Shown: positions 1-13,012 of the stretch, in pieces
How the letters are laid out: every line of letters starts with the position of its first letter
Numbering within the stretch: the first letter of the stretch is position 1
Source of the DNA: Deltaproteobacteria bacterium
Lineage (GTDB): Bacteria; Myxococcota_A; Polyangia; Polyangiales; JADJMO01
Length of the DNA stretch: 64,000 nt
Assembly: GCA_022843175.1 (NCBI GenBank)
Contig: JALHOE010000007.1
Span: 20,675 to 84,674, forward strand
Reading direction: 5' to 3'
The notes under the pieces: generated by a model
Databases searched by the model: none
Seen by the model: the letters and a program-made list of their open reading frames with translations, nothing else
What the model was told of the DNA's origin: nothing
Position numbers and translations under genes: made by a program

Positions 1-378
1 CTGACGCCGCTCCTCAACGCGGCGCTCCTCGCGGCTTCGCGCGCGCCGGCGGACGATCCGCGGGTGAGGGAGCTGGCGCGAGCGGCGACGGCGGTGTCGG
101 CGTACGTGAATAGTCCGGGGTCGATTCCGATTTCGATGCCTTCGATGCAATCGATTCCAGTGGGCAACCGCGGGCTTGCGCCCGCGGCCCCTTCACCCCC
201 CGTGGCGAAGGAGCCGCCGGTGCCGAAGCGCGTCCGTAAGGGGACGCTTCCCGAGGAGAGCCGACCGCCGCCGGACACCGTGCGCGCCGAGCCGGACGTC
301 CCCCCACCGCCGACGATCGACATGAGCGGTACCGTGCCGCAGGGCTATCGGCCCGCGCCGTCGACGAAGAAGACGTAA
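1..378 (+). CDS. 3' end of a gene entering from the left edge; Pro-rich C-terminal tail, function unknown
   Basis: Frame 1 is open from nt 1 to TAA at 376-378 with strong G/C at codon position 3. The listed ORF 64-378 is only the part after an internal GTG. Confidence 0.45.
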   Translation: MTPLLNAALLAASRAPADDPRVRELARAATAVSAYVNSPGSIPISMPSMQSIPVGNRGLAPAAPSPPVAKEPPVPKRVRKGTLPEESRPPPDTVRAEPDVPPPPTIDMSGTVPQGYRPAPSTKKT

Positions 379-388
379 GCTCTCGGGC

Positions 389-1600
389 ATGCGTCGCATC
401 GGTTTCGCCGCGCTCCTCCTCGCGTGCAGCAGCAACGATCCGCAAGTTGCGCCCGCGGACAGCGGCCCGGTCTCCACCGACTCCGACGACATCCCCAAGT
501 GCGACCTCGCCGTGAGCAAGGGGCCGTGGACGGTGGCCGTCGACGGCACGAGCGCGAAGGTGCGCTGGGAGTCGTGTCAATCGGGCGGTGGCGCGCTCAC
601 GCTCAACGGAAAGCGCATCGACAGCAAGGTCAGTCAGGCGATCGTCACCACCACCAACGACGTGCCGCTCCGCAGGACGGCCGATCGCGCGGGCACCTAC
701 TTCATGCACGAGGTCGCGCTCACCGCGCTCGAGCCGGCCACTTGCTTCGACTACACGCTCACGCAGGACGAGACGGCGAAAGGGCGCTTTTGCACCGCGC
801 GCAAGCCGGGAGACACGCTCTCGTTCGCGGCGATCGGCGACACCAACCCCGGCCTCGGCGACATCACCAAGATGCTCGACACGGCCTACGGGACGAAGCC
901 CGACTTCACCATCCACGCCGGCGACATCCAGTACTACTCGTCCGGGCTCGAGAGCTACGGCTTCTGGATGGACAAGATGCGACCGATGCTCCGCACCGGC
1001 GCGTTCTATCCGTCGATCGGTAACCACGAGACCGAGAAGCCGATGGAACGCGAGGAGTACATCGAGCGCTTCTGGGGCAAGCCGGGGTTCGACGGCAACA
1101 GCGACTTCTACCGGTTCGAGTCGGGCGGCGTGTGGTTCTTCGCGCTCAACACCGAGATCGACATGGACGAGAAGTCGTCCCAGGGCACGTGGCTCGCGAC
1201 GCAGCTCGAGGACGCGGCCAAGCGCCCCGGCTATCGGTTCTCGGTGGTGTTCCTGCACCGCCCGTTCGTCACGTGCGGCGACAGCGGCCAGAACGACGCG
1301 CTCCGCAAGGTGTACGAGCCTCTGTTCACCCGCACCAAGGTGAAGCTGATCGTCGCCGGCCACATGCACGGCTACGAGCGCTTCGAGTTCGGCGACATCA
1401 CCTGGATCACGTCGGCGGGCGGCGGCAGCAAGCCGGGCAACGTCGACGAGAACATCGCGCGGCCCGAGTGCGTCGATCGCAAGGCCAAGGGCACGTACTG
1501 GAACATGACGGTGTTCACCGTGAAGCCGGGCGAGCTGTCCGGCGTCACCTACGACGAGAAGGGCGCCCCGCGCGACACGTTCATGCGCGCGGTGCCGTGA
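389..1600 (+). CDS. Calcineurin-like metallophosphoesterase lipoprotein (purple-acid-phosphatase-like), paralog A
   Basis: 403 aa. Lipoprotein signal MRRIGFAALLLACSS. Motifs [31 protein letters not shown]. Confidence 0.85.
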   Translation: MRRIGFAALLLACSSNDPQVAPADSGPVSTDSDDIPKCDLAVSKGPWTVAVDGTSAKVRWESCQSGGGALTLNGKRIDSKVSQAIVTTTNDVPLRRTADRAGTYFMHEVALTALEPATCFDYTLTQDETAKGRFCTARKPGDTLSFAAIGDTNPGLGDITKMLDTAYGTKPDFTIHAGDIQYYSSGLESYGFWMDKMRPMLRTGAFYPSIGNHETEKPMEREEYIERFWGKPGFDGNSDFYRFESGGVWFFALNTEIDMDEKSSQGTWLATQLEDAAKRPGYRFSVVFLHRPFVTCGDSGQNDALRKVYEPLFTRTKVKLIVAGHMHGYERFEFGDITWITSAGGGSKPGNVDENIARPECVDRKAKGTYWNMTVFTVKPGELSGVTYDEKGAPRDTFMRAVP

Positions 1601-1603
1601 TCG

Positions 1604-1923
1604 TCACGGCGTAACGCAGACCATCTTGCCCGCGCGGTCGCGGCACGCGAGCTTGGCGTTGACCGACTTGCAGTCGGTGTCCGCCTTGCAGGTGAGCGCA
1701 CAGTACGGCTTCACCGACGGATCGACCGAGAGGCAGTGGCCGTTGACCGGGCACCCCTCGTTCGACGCGCACTCGCGGATGCAGCCGATCTCGTAACAGA
1801 GGTAGCCGGTCGGGCACTCCGACGCCGCGGCGCAGGTGGCCGCGAGCCGCGGCTCCGGCTTCGGGGGCTCGGGGTCGTCGGCGACGCTGCTGCAACCGAG
1901 GAGGAGGAGGAGGAGAGTGAGCC

Positions 1924-1930
<7 letters not shown>
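1604..1930 (-). CDS. Small Cys-rich lipoprotein (12 Cys in mature part)
   Basis: GTG at 1930 gives [15 protein letters not shown] (lipobox). Cys-rich body [29 protein letters not shown]. The start overlaps the upstream stop by 7 nt (GTGCTGA). The upstream part of listed ORF 1604-2275 is Arg-rich junk. Confidence 0.6.
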
Positions 1931-3678
<1,748 letters not shown>

Positions 3679-3706
3679 CGCGCCGAGCGTACTGTAGGCT
3701 CTGGCT

Positions 3707-4942
3707 GTGCGCCCTCTGCTCTTCGCCCTCCTCGTCCTCGGCTGCAGCTCCAGGGATCAGAGCGTCGCGCCCCGCGACGCCGAGGGTGAAACCAGTGAAG
3801 ACGAGGACACGCTCCCCAAGTGCGAGCTGGCCGTGAGCAAGGGGCCGTGGGTCGTCGCCGTCGACGGGACGAGCGCCAAGATCCGCTGGGAGTCGTGCCG
3901 GTCGGGTGGGGGCGCGATCGTGCTCGCCCCCGAAGCCGGCGGCGAGAAGAAGACGGTCCCGAGCGCCGTGCGCGAGGCGATCGTCACCACCACCAACCTG
4001 GTGCCGCTCCGCCCCGGCGCGATCGACCCGGCCGGCACCTACTTCATGCACGAGGTCGCGCTCACCGCGCTCCCGCCCGCGACCTGCTTCACCTACGAGC
4101 TCGCCCCCGACCCGACGGCGAAAGGGCGCTTCTGCACCGCGCGGGCCAGCGGCGACACCTTCAAGTTCGCGATCATCGGCGACACCAACCCCGGCTTCGG
4201 CTCGATCGAGAAGCTCCTCGACACGACCTACGGGGACCGGCCCGACTTCACGATCCACCAGGGCGACATCCAGTACTACGCGTCGGGTCTCGAGTCGTAC
4301 ACCTACTGGATGGACAAGATGCGCCCGATGCTCCGCACCGGCGCGTTCTACCCGTCGATCGGCAACCACGAGACCGAGCAGCCCAGGGAGCGCGAGGAGT
4401 ACGTCGAGCGCTTCTTCGGCAAGCCCGGCTTCGACGGCAACAGCGACTACTACCGGTTTCACTCCGGCGGCGTGTGGTTCTTCGCGCTCGACACCGAGAT
4501 CGATCTCGAGGACAAGACCGCGCAGGGCGTGTGGTTGCAGGAGAAGCTCGACGACGCGAGCAAGCAACCCGGCTACCGGTTCTCGGTGCTCTACATGCAT
4601 CGCCCCTTCGTGACCTGCGGCGACAAGTCGCAGAACTCCACGCTACGCGCGCGCTACCTCCCGCTGTTCCAGCGCACCCACGTGAAGCTGATCGTGGCCG
4701 GCCACATGCACGGCTACGAGCGGTTCGAGATGGACGACATCACCTGGGTCACGTCGGCCGGCGGCGGCGGCGGCCTCGGCAACGTCAACGAGAACAAGGA
4801 CCGGCCCGAGTGCGCGAACCGGAAGGCGGCCGGGGCGTTCTGGGACGCCACCGTGATCACCGTGAAGCCCGGCGAGCTCTCCGGCGTCACCTACGACGAC
4901 AAGGGCGCCGCCCGCGACACGTTCACGCGCCCAGTACCGTGA
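3707..4942 (+). CDS. Calcineurin-like metallophosphoesterase lipoprotein, paralog B
   Basis: 411 aa, GTG start. Signal [14 protein letters not shown]. Same motifs as paralog A ([25 protein letters not shown]), with long stretches identical to it at protein and DNA level. Confidence 0.85.
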   Translation: MRPLLFALLVLGCSSRDQSVAPRDAEGETSEDEDTLPKCELAVSKGPWVVAVDGTSAKIRWESCRSGGGAIVLAPEAGGEKKTVPSAVREAIVTTTNLVPLRPGAIDPAGTYFMHEVALTALPPATCFTYELAPDPTAKGRFCTARASGDTFKFAIIGDTNPGFGSIEKLLDTTYGDRPDFTIHQGDIQYYASGLESYTYWMDKMRPMLRTGAFYPSIGNHETEQPREREEYVERFFGKPGFDGNSDYYRFHSGGVWFFALDTEIDLEDKTAQGVWLQEKLDDASKQPGYRFSVLYMHRPFVTCGDKSQNSTLRARYLPLFQRTHVKLIVAGHMHGYERFEMDDITWVTSAGGGGGLGNVNENKDRPECANRKAAGAFWDATVITVKPGELSGVTYDDKGAARDTFTRPVP

Positions 4943-4955
4943 GTGGTGCCGCCCG

Positions 4956-6001
4956 TCAGAACACGCCGCTGAGGCCGACGTAGCCGACGCCGACGTCGAC
5001 GCGGGGGACCCAGGCGCTCGCGCGCGGGGGCGTGGGCGCGGTGAGCAAGCGGACGATGCCGACGCTCATGATCATGATGCCGACGCCGCCGGTCACCAGC
5101 GCGGCGGTGCGGACCGCCTTCCAGGTGCGGATGTTGTTGTTGTCCTGCTGCGCCTCGGTCTTGAGCCCGTCGCGCGGGAGGAAGCACTGATCGGGATCGT
5201 CGGTGCGGCGGGTGATGCAGTGGCTGTCGAGGCTCGCGCGGCCATCGCTGATGCCGCGGGTGGAGACGATGAGCCCGGCGCCGCCGGCGATGGTGACGAT
5301 GCCGCCGCCGACCACCAACGACCAACCGAGCGTGCGCGCGGCGCCGCCGGTGTCGGAGAGCGGGACGGTGGGCGAGCCCTCTTCTTTCGCCGTGGGCGCG
5401 GCGCTCGGCGCCGCGGAGGCGCTCGCGGGAGCAGCGGGCTTGGTGACGAACGCGGGGCCGAGGTCGACCGACGCGGTCGCCCCCTCTTTGATCGTGACCA
5501 CCTGCTCGACGGTCTGACCGTTGTGCGTCGCGCGCACCTTGGCCGCGCCCGCGAAGACGACGAGGGTCGGACGCGGCAGCGTGCCGCGCCGACGCGCGCC
5601 GACGAACAGCTCGGCGCCGGCAGGGCCCTTGACGTCGAGCCGCCCCACCAGCCCCTCGTGGGCCTTGAGGAAGACCTGCGCCTTCTCCTTGGCCTTGCCC
5701 GCGATGCCGAGCGCGATCGCCGCCTCGAACGCCTCGAAGGCGATGTCGTCCTCTTTGAGGCGCACGGCCGCGGAGGCGAGCTCGTATTTCGAGTCCTTGG
5801 TGGCCCTGATCGCGTCGGCCTCGGTGAAGAGGCGGAGCGCCTCTTCCCACTGCGCGGGGTCGTTGCTGTCGACGGCCTTCTCCTTCGCGGCGATCGCGCG
5901 CGCGATGGCGGCGTCGTACGCGTCCGCGAAGAGGACCGGCGTGAACGCGGTGACCGACAGGACGGAGACCAGCGCGGCGGCGAGCGCGCGCGAGCCGCGG
6001 C

Positions 6002-6011
<10 letters not shown>
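4956..6011 (-). CDS. Membrane protein; signal peptide, helical (TPR-like) N-region, beta-rich PEGA-like segment, two predicted TM helices
   Basis: Only the 3' third of listed ORF 4956-7628 looks protein-like (VSVSRGSRALAAALVSVLSVTAFTP...). GTG at 6011 (or 6005) overlaps the end of the kinase gene. TM stretches LVVGGGIVTIAGGAGLIV and ALVTGGVGIMIMSVGIV. Confidence 0.6.
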
Positions 6012-7492
<1,481 letters not shown>

Positions 7493-7590
7493 GATGGGAC
7501 TGACAAACTAGCGGAAATCTCAGCGGCCCGGAAGTTCGCCGCGGCTCCCCGTAACCCGTGCGTAACCCGCCCACGCGAGGATGCCGCGCC

Positions 7591-8820
7591 ATGCCCGAAG
7601 CCGCGCCGAAGCTGGACAGTGGCGACACTGCCTGGCTGCTGATCTCGATCGCTCTGGTCTGCCTGATGACCCCCGGCCTCGCGCTCTTCTACGGCGGTAT
7701 GGTCCGCAAGAAGAACGTGCTCTCGGTGTTCGTCCACTCGCTGTTCAGCTTGGCGCTGATCAGCGTGCAGTGGGTGATGATCGGCTACTCGCTCTCCTTC
7801 GGCACCTCGAAGGGCGGGCTGATCGGTGGCTTCGACTTCGTGATGCTCAAGGGCGTCGCCGGATCCCAGAAGGGGACCGTTCCCCACCTTACGTTCATGG
7901 CGTTCCAGATGATGTTCGCCGGGATCACGCCGGCGCTGATCAGCGGCGCGTTCGCGGAGCGCATGCGCTTCGGCGCGTACACGCTGTTCATCCTCCTGTG
8001 GTCGACCCTGGTCTACGACCCGGTCGCGCACTGGGTGTGGGCCGAGGGCGGCTGGCTCCTGAAGATGGGCGCGCTCGACTACGCCGGCGGCACCGTCGTG
8101 CACCTCACCGCGGGGCTCTCGGCGCTGGTCTGCGCGTACATGATCGGCAGGCGGCTCGGCTGGCCGGGACCGAACTTCATCCCGCACAACCTGACGATGA
8201 CGCTCACCGGCGCAGGCCTCCTGTGGTTCGGCTGGTTCGGCTTCAACGCGGGCAGCGCGCTGGTCGCCGGCCACCCGACGGCGCTCGCGCTCGTCACCAC
8301 CCACGTGGGCGCGTCGGCCGGTGCGCTCGGCTGGCTGCTCGCCGAGGCCAAGCACCGCGGCAAGCCGTCGGCGCTCGGTGCGGCCTCCGGGATCGTCGCG
8401 GGGCTCGTCGCGATCACGCCCGGCGCGGGCTTCGTCGCGCCGTGGGCCGCGATCGTGATCGGGCTGCTCGCCGGCGTGATCTGCTACGTCGCGGTGGTGG
8501 TGAAGAACCGCTTCCAGTACGACGACGCGCTCGACGTGTTCGGCGTCCACGGCGTCGGCGGCTTGCTCGGCGCGCTCCTCACCGGCGTCTTCGCGCAGAA
8601 GGCGCTCAACGACGCCGGCAACAACGGCGCGCTGTTCGGCAACCTCAAGCAGCTCGGCGTGCAGGCGATCGGCGTGGTCGCAGCGGGCGCGTACGCGGTC
8701 GTCATGACGTTCCTCATCTGGAAGGTCGTCGGCCTCGTGACCACCATCCGCGTGAGCGAGCCCGACGAGCGCGAGGGCCTCGACACCGCGCTGCACGGCG
8801 AAGAGGGCTACGTCGGCTAG
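7591..8820 (+). CDS. amtB: Ammonium transporter (Amt family)
   Basis: MPEAAPKLDSGDTAWLLISIALVCLMTPGLALFYGGMVRKKN, AFQMMFAGITPALISGAFAER, GGTVVHLTAG, DDALDVFGVHGVGG. The ATG at 7591 is preferred over the listed 7558. Confidence 0.9.
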   Translation: MPEAAPKLDSGDTAWLLISIALVCLMTPGLALFYGGMVRKKNVLSVFVHSLFSLALISVQWVMIGYSLSFGTSKGGLIGGFDFVMLKGVAGSQKGTVPHLTFMAFQMMFAGITPALISGAFAERMRFGAYTLFILLWSTLVYDPVAHWVWAEGGWLLKMGALDYAGGTVVHLTAGLSALVCAYMIGRRLGWPGPNFIPHNLTMTLTGAGLLWFGWFGFNAGSALVAGHPTALALVTTHVGASAGALGWLLAEAKHRGKPSALGAASGIVAGLVAITPGAGFVAPWAAIVIGLLAGVICYVAVVVKNRFQYDDALDVFGVHGVGGLLGALLTGVFAQKALNDAGNNGALFGNLKQLGVQAIGVVAAGAYAVVMTFLIWKVVGLVTTIRVSEPDEREGLDTALHGEEGYVG

Positions 8821-8864
8821 GAGCTCCCGCCCCCAACCGTCGCGCTGTCTGGCACGATAGGGAC

Positions 8865-9299
8865 ATGCGAAGGCTGTCCCTCGTTCTCATCCCCCTCCTC
8901 GCGGCCTGTGGCGGCAAGGTCGACGCGCCCACGACCGACGCCGCGAGCGACACCGGAGCGAGCGACACGGCCGTCTCCGACAGCGCGCCCGCCGACACCG
9001 CGCCGCTCGCCTGCGTCGACGACAAGGGCCAGATGCCGCTCTCGCTGAAGGCCTGCGGCAGCGACGCCGACTGTTCGCAGAGCGTGCGCCAGACCGACTG
9101 CTGCGGCACGATGCTCGCGGTCGGCGTGCACAAGGACCTCGCCGCGGCGTTCGGCACCTGCGAGCGCGCGCGCCAGAAGGAGCTCCCGCTGTGCGACTGC
9201 CTCCCGAAGCCGCTCGCGGCGGAGGACGGCAGCCTCATCCCCGCGGACGGCGCCGCGAAGGTTCGCTGCGAATTCGGCAACTGCCGGACGTATATGTAG
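8865..9299 (+). CDS. Cys-rich secreted lipoprotein, unknown function
   Basis: ATG at 8865 gives MRRLSLVLIPLLAACGG (lipobox). 10 Cys in the mature part (ACVDD...CGSDADCSQS...DCCG...CDC...CEFGNC). Lies in the frame of listed ORF 7581-9299, whose upstream part is out-of-frame amtB. Confidence 0.6.
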   Translation: MRRLSLVLIPLLAACGGKVDAPTTDAASDTGASDTAVSDSAPADTAPLACVDDKGQMPLSLKACGSDADCSQSVRQTDCCGTMLAVGVHKDLAAAFGTCERARQKELPLCDCLPKPLAAEDGSLIPADGAAKVRCEFGNCRTYM

Positions 9300-9305
9300 C
9301 CGCGC

Positions 9306-10046
<741 letters not shown>

Positions 10047-10108
10047 GGATCCTTTCCTCCCCCGGTGCGTACGAAGAGGTGAGGTCTCACCCCGCCAGGA
10101 GGAATCCC

Positions 10109-11320
10109 GTGAAGCGCTCCCTCGTTGCACTTGCCGCCGTCTCCGTCTTCGCCGCCCACGCGTCCGCCGGCGAGCCGAAGAAACCCGTTCCCGCCGCCGC
10201 CGTCACCGGTAACACCGCGTTCGCGCAAGATCTCTGGCAGCGTCTCCGCATCGAGAAGGGCAACCTCTTCTTCTCGCCCGCGAGCATCTCGGCGGCGCTC
10301 GCGATGACCCACGCCGGCGCGCGGGGAGACACCGCGAAGCAAATCGCCAAGGTCTTCCACTTCGACGCGGTCCCCGCGAGCGATCTGCACGCCGCGCAGG
10401 GCGGGCTGCTCGCGAGCCTCGGCTCGGCGAGCCCGGACTCGCCCCAGCTCGCGATCGCCAATCGACTGTGGTCGCAGAAGGGCATGGCGCTCGGCGCAGA
10501 CTTCCAGAAGACGACGAAGGACCACTACGGAGCCGGCGTCGAGCTGCTCGACTTCAACAAGGCGCCCGACCCGTCGCGCGTCACGATCAACAACTGGGTC
10601 GCGTCGCACACCAACGACAAGATCAAAGATCTCCTCGCCCCGGGGGTGATCACCGGCGACACGCGCCTCGTCCTCACCAACGCGATCTGGTTCAAGGGGA
10701 AGTGGGCGACGGCGTTCGACAAGAGCGCGACGAGGGACGAGCCGTTCGCGACGCCGGGCGGCTCGAAGAAGGTCCCGACGATGCACGCCACGCTCAACGC
10801 GCGCTACGGCGAGACCAAGGACGCGACGATCGCCGAGCTGCCGTACCTCTCGAAGGATCCCGACCGGAGGCTCTCGATGATCGTCGTCCTGCCGAAGGAC
10901 AAGGACGGGCTGGCGAAGCTCGAGGCCGATCCGAAGCTCGACGCGTGGGTCGCGTCGCTCGGCCACGCCAAGGTCGACGTCGCCCTGCCGCGCTTCAAGA
11001 CCACCCAGCAGCTCTCGCTCGGCGACACGCTGAGGGCGATGGGCATGCCCGACGCGTTCGACGGCGCGAAGGCGAACTTCAAGGGCATCAACGACACCAT
11101 GCCGCTGTGGATCTCGAAGGTGATCCACAAGGCCTACGTCGACGTCAACGAAGAGGGAACCGAGGCCGCCGCGTCCACGGCCGTGGTCATCACCACCGAG
11201 GGTGCCGCGGTGGAGGTCCGCAAGACGTTCACCGTCGATCGCCCGTTCGCGTTCTTCATCCGCGACGGAAGGACGGGGGCGATCCTCTTCCTCGGTCGGA
11301 TCAACGACCCGACCGCGTAG
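10109..11320 (+). CDS. Serpin (serine protease inhibitor), secreted
   Basis: GTG at 10109 lies 6 nt after AGGAGG. Signal VKRSLVALAAVSVFAAHASA. Serpin blocks NLFFSPASISAALAM, NAIWFKGKW. Hinge and reactive loop EEGTEAAASTAVVITTEGAAVEV, then FTVDRPFAFFIRD. Confidence 0.9.
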   Translation: MKRSLVALAAVSVFAAHASAGEPKKPVPAAAVTGNTAFAQDLWQRLRIEKGNLFFSPASISAALAMTHAGARGDTAKQIAKVFHFDAVPASDLHAAQGGLLASLGSASPDSPQLAIANRLWSQKGMALGADFQKTTKDHYGAGVELLDFNKAPDPSRVTINNWVASHTNDKIKDLLAPGVITGDTRLVLTNAIWFKGKWATAFDKSATRDEPFATPGGSKKVPTMHATLNARYGETKDATIAELPYLSKDPDRRLSMIVVLPKDKDGLAKLEADPKLDAWVASLGHAKVDVALPRFKTTQQLSLGDTLRAMGMPDAFDGAKANFKGINDTMPLWISKVIHKAYVDVNEEGTEAAASTAVVITTEGAAVEVRKTFTVDRPFAFFIRDGRTGAILFLGRINDPTA

Positions 11321-11329
11321 ACTGGCGCG

Positions 11330-11611
11330 ATGCTCACGCACAACTCGTACTTCGAGGGCAGGGTTCAGAGCGTCGGTTTCGAGCGCAACGGTCGCAAGCA
11401 CACCGCCGGCGTGATCGACGCCGGCGAGTACCACTTCGGCACCGGCGCGGCCGAGCGGATGACGGTCGTGAGCGGCGAGCTCTCGATCCGCGTCGACGGC
11501 ACCGCGGACTTCCACCGCTACCCGGCGGGCACCTCGTTCGAGGTCCCGGCGAGCTCCGGCTTCGACGTGCGCGCCGCCGCGCCGGCCGCGTATCTGTGCG
11601 AGTTCCTCTGA
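11330..11611 (+). CDS. ppnP: Pyrimidine/purine nucleoside phosphorylase PpnP (DUF1255 cupin)
   Basis: 93 aa. NSYFEGRVQSVGF...GEYHFGT...ERMTVVSGEL matches the YaiE/PpnP family in length and sequence. Confidence 0.85.
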   Translation: MLTHNSYFEGRVQSVGFERNGRKHTAGVIDAGEYHFGTGAAERMTVVSGELSIRVDGTADFHRYPAGTSFEVPASSGFDVRAAAPAAYLCEFL

Positions 11612-11716
11612 GCCCCGCGCGGCAATTGGCCCGGGTCGGCGCACGACCGTCGTTCACAGTCCGGTGAATTGCTCGGGAAAATCACGCTGGAACGATGATT
11701 GCTGAAGGAGCCGGCG

Positions 11717-13003
11717 ATGTCCCGGCTTCCTTATCTCTTTCGCTCCGTCGTGCTCGCCACCCTCGCGAGCGGCTGCGTCGGCGGCACCACGATCGACCGC
11801 GCCAAGTTCACCGCCGACGTCTGCGAGGGCTCGCTGGTGAAGCCGTTGTCCGGCATCAAGCCCGCGATCGCGATCGACGGCGCCGAGCTGCGCGACGCGT
11901 TCTCCACGCCTCCGCAGGTCCTCGACACCTTCGGCACCCTGTGCGGCACCGCGAAGGACAAGGTCGCGTGTCAGAAGGCCGTCGAGGCGCTCCACCGCGA
12001 CGACATCGGTTGGTTCATCTCGCGCGGCGACATCGGCGGCCGCCACTACCTCGCCACAACGAGCGGCGAGGAGGTCCGCGCGGTCACCACGATCGCCGAG
12101 CTCAAGTCGCTCCTCGGTGTGATCGACACCGCCGACGAGGCCGCGCTCCTGCTCCACGAGAGCACCGCGCATCGCATCGAGTGCGGCGGCAACAACGTCC
12201 GCAGCCTGCCGGACGGGTCGTTCGAGGTGCTCACCCGCACCGGCAGCGGCTGCGGCAAGAACGACGACGTCGAGCTCCACGTCGTCCGCGTCGGCCGCGA
12301 CGGCTCGATCGCCGTCAGCGAGACAGAGACGCTGAAGAGGAGCAACCCGAACTGCGTGGTCGGCCGCCGCCCCGAGGGGTTCGAGGAGCCCTGCGCCGAG
12401 GGCCGCGATCTCGGCGAGTTCTTCGCCCGCATGGCGCACCTCGAGGCGGCGGCGGTGCCGGCGTTCGAGCGGCTCGCGCGCGAGCTCCGCGCGCACAGGG
12501 CGCCGCGCAAGCTGATCGCCGCGGCCCGCCGCTCCGCGCGCGACGAGGTCCGCCACGCGCACGCGGTCGCGCGGCTCGCCCGCCGCTTCGGCGGCTGTCC
12601 AGAGCCGGTCGCGTTTCAGGAGCTCGCGATCCGCGAGCTCGAGGCGATCGCGCTCGAGAACGCGACCGAGGGCTGCGTGCGCGAGACGTTCGGCGCCCTG
12701 GTCGCCACCTATCAAGCGCACGCCGCGCGCGACCCGCAGATCTCCAAGGTGATGCGCGGCATCGCACAGGACGAGACCCGCCACGCCCAGCTCTCGTGGG
12801 AGGTCGCGAAGTGGGCCCTGAGCAAGCTCGACGGCGAGGCCCGCACCCGCATCGACGCGGCCGTCGCCCACGCCGTGGCGACGCTGCGTCACGACATGAG
12901 CACGCCGGTGTGCCCGGAGGCGATCGAGCTGGCCGGCTTCCCCACCCCCGAGCGCGCGCGCGCGCTGTTCGACGCGATCGCCCCGGAGGTGTGGGCGGCG
13001 TAG
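11717..13003 (+). CDS. Lipoprotein with C-terminal ferritin-like (di-iron-type EXXH) four-helix domain
   Basis: ATG at 11717 lies 6 nt after GAAGGAG. Signal MSRLPYLFRSVVLATLASGC. C-terminal half has AHLEAAAVPAFERLARELR, ARDEVRHAH, ENATEGCVRE, AQDETRHAQLSW (paired E...ExxH motifs). Confidence 0.65.
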   Translation: MSRLPYLFRSVVLATLASGCVGGTTIDRAKFTADVCEGSLVKPLSGIKPAIAIDGAELRDAFSTPPQVLDTFGTLCGTAKDKVACQKAVEALHRDDIGWFISRGDIGGRHYLATTSGEEVRAVTTIAELKSLLGVIDTADEAALLLHESTAHRIECGGNNVRSLPDGSFEVLTRTGSGCGKNDDVELHVVRVGRDGSIAVSETETLKRSNPNCVVGRRPEGFEEPCAEGRDLGEFFARMAHLEAAAVPAFERLARELRAHRAPRKLIAAARRSARDEVRHAHAVARLARRFGGCPEPVAFQELAIRELEAIALENATEGCVRETFGALVATYQAHAARDPQISKVMRGIAQDETRHAQLSWEVAKWALSKLDGEARTRIDAAVAHAVATLRHDMSTPVCPEAIELAGFPTPERARALFDAIAPEVWAA

Positions 13004-13012
13004 CCGGGGCTC

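Noticed and set aside
14-1369. 451-aa minus-strand ORF, and the similar ORFs 193-549, 424-1023 and 588-1343
   Set aside because: These lie antisense or out of frame to the metallophosphoesterase gene. They are extremely Arg/Ala/Gly/Pro-rich with no motifs, which is the typical shadow ORF of high-GC DNA.
7510-7545. Sigma-54-type promoter upstream of amtB (GGCCCG-GAAG-TTCGC)
   Set aside because: The GG to TT spacing fits, but the -12 element reads TTCGC rather than TTGC and the -24 element lacks the TGGCAC context. The match is too weak to call.
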